Of a stretch of 64,000 nucleotides of DNA, positions 61,547-64,000 are shown piece by piece. Each line of letters starts with the position of its first letter. The first letter of the stretch is position 1. Origin of the DNA: Flaccisagitta enflata (lineage: Eukaryota); NCBI GenBank assembly GCA_965153355.1, contig OZ231126.1, positions 41,788,001-41,852,000 on the forward strand, given 5' to 3'. The translations under genes and the position numbers were made by a program. The notes under the pieces were generated by a model. The model was not told where the DNA came from, did not search any database, and worked only from the letters and a program-made list of their open reading frames with translations.

Positions 61547-63668
61547 GAACAGAAAGAATAAGATAGAGACAGATAGAAAGACACACACAAAGACAAAGAT
61601 ATAGACAGATAGGTACACTGATAGATAGACAGACAGACCCACACACACACACAAACACACACACAACAGAGACGCGCGTAAAAAAAAGACTTATCATGAA
61701 AAAGTGGCTGGTCGTTGTGATGTGGAGCAAGGTAGATTAGAAGGGAGAAATCTAAAATCGACGATGACTTGTGATAAGTTCAAAATCGAGCTTTTCCCGA
61801 ACTTTAAAAAGAGAAAACCTTACAAAGTGTGATAAGATGATTGACATTGATATACTTAAAGAAGTCACCGTATGCCCAGCTTTGGAGGATGAATGAAGTC
61901 GTATATTAGTCAAGTTGCAATCAAATGATTATTGATCAATTTCGCCCAATTTCACCCTTTCACCCTTTCACCCTTTCTAGAGGGTTAACTTGAAGCTATT
62001 TACACTGAATGTATTTCTTTCCTTTTTTCCCTCTCTCTCTTTTTTTTTCTTTTCGTAAATCGATTTATTTTATATTTCCCTCTCTTTTTAGATGCGTCCT
62101 CGCATCTCTACAGGGTCTTCAATCTCATTTGACACGAAAAGAACCTATATTGCGCAAAAACTAATCTACTATTTAGTGTGATTCTTTTTTCTCATAAAAG
62201 CATTATGTATGACGTTTTTTCTATCAAAATTTCATGGGACTGTGTCTTGTAGTTTGGCAGAAATCCAAATTTGAAGTTATGCAGTGAATTCAACAAAAAA
62301 GCTGTTTTCTTTTTACTTTTGGCTTAAAAAATATATAAAATTCAAAGTGCTTTGAACCACAGATGCTTTATTACAGTTAAGTGATAGATTCTAACACGCC
62401 AAAGCAAAAAATAGGTCATATCATTTAACTTTAAATTTTAAGCAAAAACATTACAAATTTGGGCAAAATTCTTAAAAAAACTGTAACCAAGATAGTTTTT
62501 TTCCAATGAAAAAGGAAATTGTTAAATATGATAAGATTTTGAAGGATTCTTTTCTAAAGATGAAAGGTCTAAACCTCAAAGTCAAAGAAATCCGCCTATC
62601 TCATCATGACATCTTTAACTTTAAAATGGTATATCTCCCAAACTAATCGACCCAGTACCATGAAATTTGGACACAAAAAACGTCATATGTAGTGTTAGAA
62701 ATGTATGTCCGTCCGTTTATTAAGTATGTGTGCTTTTGTTTCTTTTGCGTGCTTTTGGCTTTTCTTCTTTCTCTATTATTCAATGCCAGCGTCTTTTGTT
62801 TCTCGCCATTTTTCATAATGAACGCTAGATGGGTAACCATATGGTTGCGCCTTGTATTTTGTGCCATTTGTTTTTATTACGTAGCCAAACGTACGTAACT
62901 CGTCTTTCGTATCATCCAATTTTGGATTGATTGCTTTTATTTATTTACGGCATTGCTTCCTAAAGTGATTGATTGATTTTTCGTGATTGATTGAATGTGC
63001 CCTTGGAATTCACTAATTTCAATAATCTCTCATCTTTTTATTGCAGATAAACTTATGAACGGACAATTAAACGTTAGTTTGACTTCGACAGACTGTGGGT
63101 TGAAACCAACGAAAGTGGGCCTAAAAGTAAGTTTATAGACGCGTCTTTGCTTTTATTAACGTTGTTTTTATCTTGTCTTCCGGTCTGTTATTCTTGTCTT
63201 TTGCATTTTTGCATTTTTATCGCCGGTTTTAGTATGGTTTTTATCGCTTGTCGATCAGCTTACTATGGGGATGATATGGATGAATTTAATGGGATAGGCC
63301 GGGGCAGGGGCAGGTATTATCAGGTGGCATAGATTTGGAAGAAGATGAACATGTTGTCATGTGCTGTTTCTGTCCTTTATTGTGTCCTGTCTCGATTTCA
63401 TGTTATCTTTTGCGTTTGCTGATCACCATTAACGCCCACTTTCCCTTTCATTTTTCCCCTTCTCTTCAGTTGTTGAAATTTTTATGGAATAAACGAGACG
63501 ATCGCCTTCCTATTTTCCAATCGGCCAACTTTCTTTCACCACAAGTCGTCAGTCAGATAGACGCTCATAGACAGTGCCAGTTGAAACTCGTGGGCGTAAT
63601 CATATTTCAACAATTTAAAAAACGACTCGACTCTTTCCATCTTCGACCTCCGAAAACGAAATTGGACA

Positions 63669-64000
63669 ATGGCAGCCGCGCGCAACGACGACACCGTCTC
63701 GACCGCTTCAACGTCATCTCGTGTATCTCACTTCGGTTTGAATCAGTGTCCGAGGTCGAATCGTTTGCGCGCAATGAGGAACGACATTACTGCGGAAATG
63801 GAAGGATGCCGGCGCCTTTTCGACGCCGTTTCTACTTGCACCGAAGGAACGAATGACTTCGACGACGCCGCCTGTGAATCAGATGGCGCTCGACACGGCC
63901 TTCGGGATATGGTTTACGACTTCATATCGTATGCAAGGCAAATGGCGCTCGACTCGATGCCCGGCGACCCTCTTCGATTCGCGGCGTCTACTTTGCGTCG
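63669..64000 (+). CDS. 5' part of an unknown protein-coding gene (MAAARNDDTVSTASTSSRVSHFGLNQCPRSNRLRAMRNDITAEMEGCRRLFDAVSTC...), running off the window
   Basis: ACAATGG start context with an upstream in-frame TAA. The frame stays open for 110 codons to the window end in GC-rich, non-repetitive sequence. Upstream acceptor ttctcttcAG (~63469) and a candidate 5'UTR exon 63047-63126 (ttgcAG...AA|GTAAGT). Confidence 0.6.
   Translation, partial: MAAARNDDTVSTASTSSRVSHFGLNQCPRSNRLRAMRNDITAEMEGCRRLFDAVSTCTEGTNDFDDAACESDGARHGLRDMVYDFISYARQMALDSMPGDPLRFAASTLR

Noticed and set aside
63335-63856. 173-aa + strand ORF
   Set aside because: Non-ATG start and it crosses an apparent acceptor; the overlapping frame from ATG 63669 is the better candidate.

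Overview
Repeat-dominated, AT-rich animal (invertebrate-type) genomic DNA with spliceosomal introns; nearly all ORF-track entries are microsatellite or repeat artefacts. Main structure: positions 3236-52670 look like one ~49.4-kb giant inverted-repeat (foldback/composite) transposon. It has ~2.5-kb satellite-built arms, an 8-bp target-site duplication (AAACCCGT), and it splits a small pogo/Tigger-like MITE whose two halves rejoin when it is removed. Its right arm is interrupted by a 10.7-kb CACT-terminal (CMC/EnSpm-type) element. That element carries a spliced orphan mini-gene with YY1/ETS promoter motifs, a 210-bp tandem array and a nested 2-kb Merlin-like element. The window also holds many Helentron-associated (HINE/DINE-1-like) elements, several MITEs, a 2.9-kb palindrome, a 5'-truncated L2/CR1-group LINE and a CCA-ended tRNA-Leu 3' half. 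On the right lie an atypical 8+ exon SLC6/NSS transporter-like gene (minus strand; degenerate ion/substrate sites, Cys-rich expanded EL2, no recognisable TM10-12) and the start of a divergent unknown gene. No transposase ORF was seen. All calls were made by eye, without database searches.
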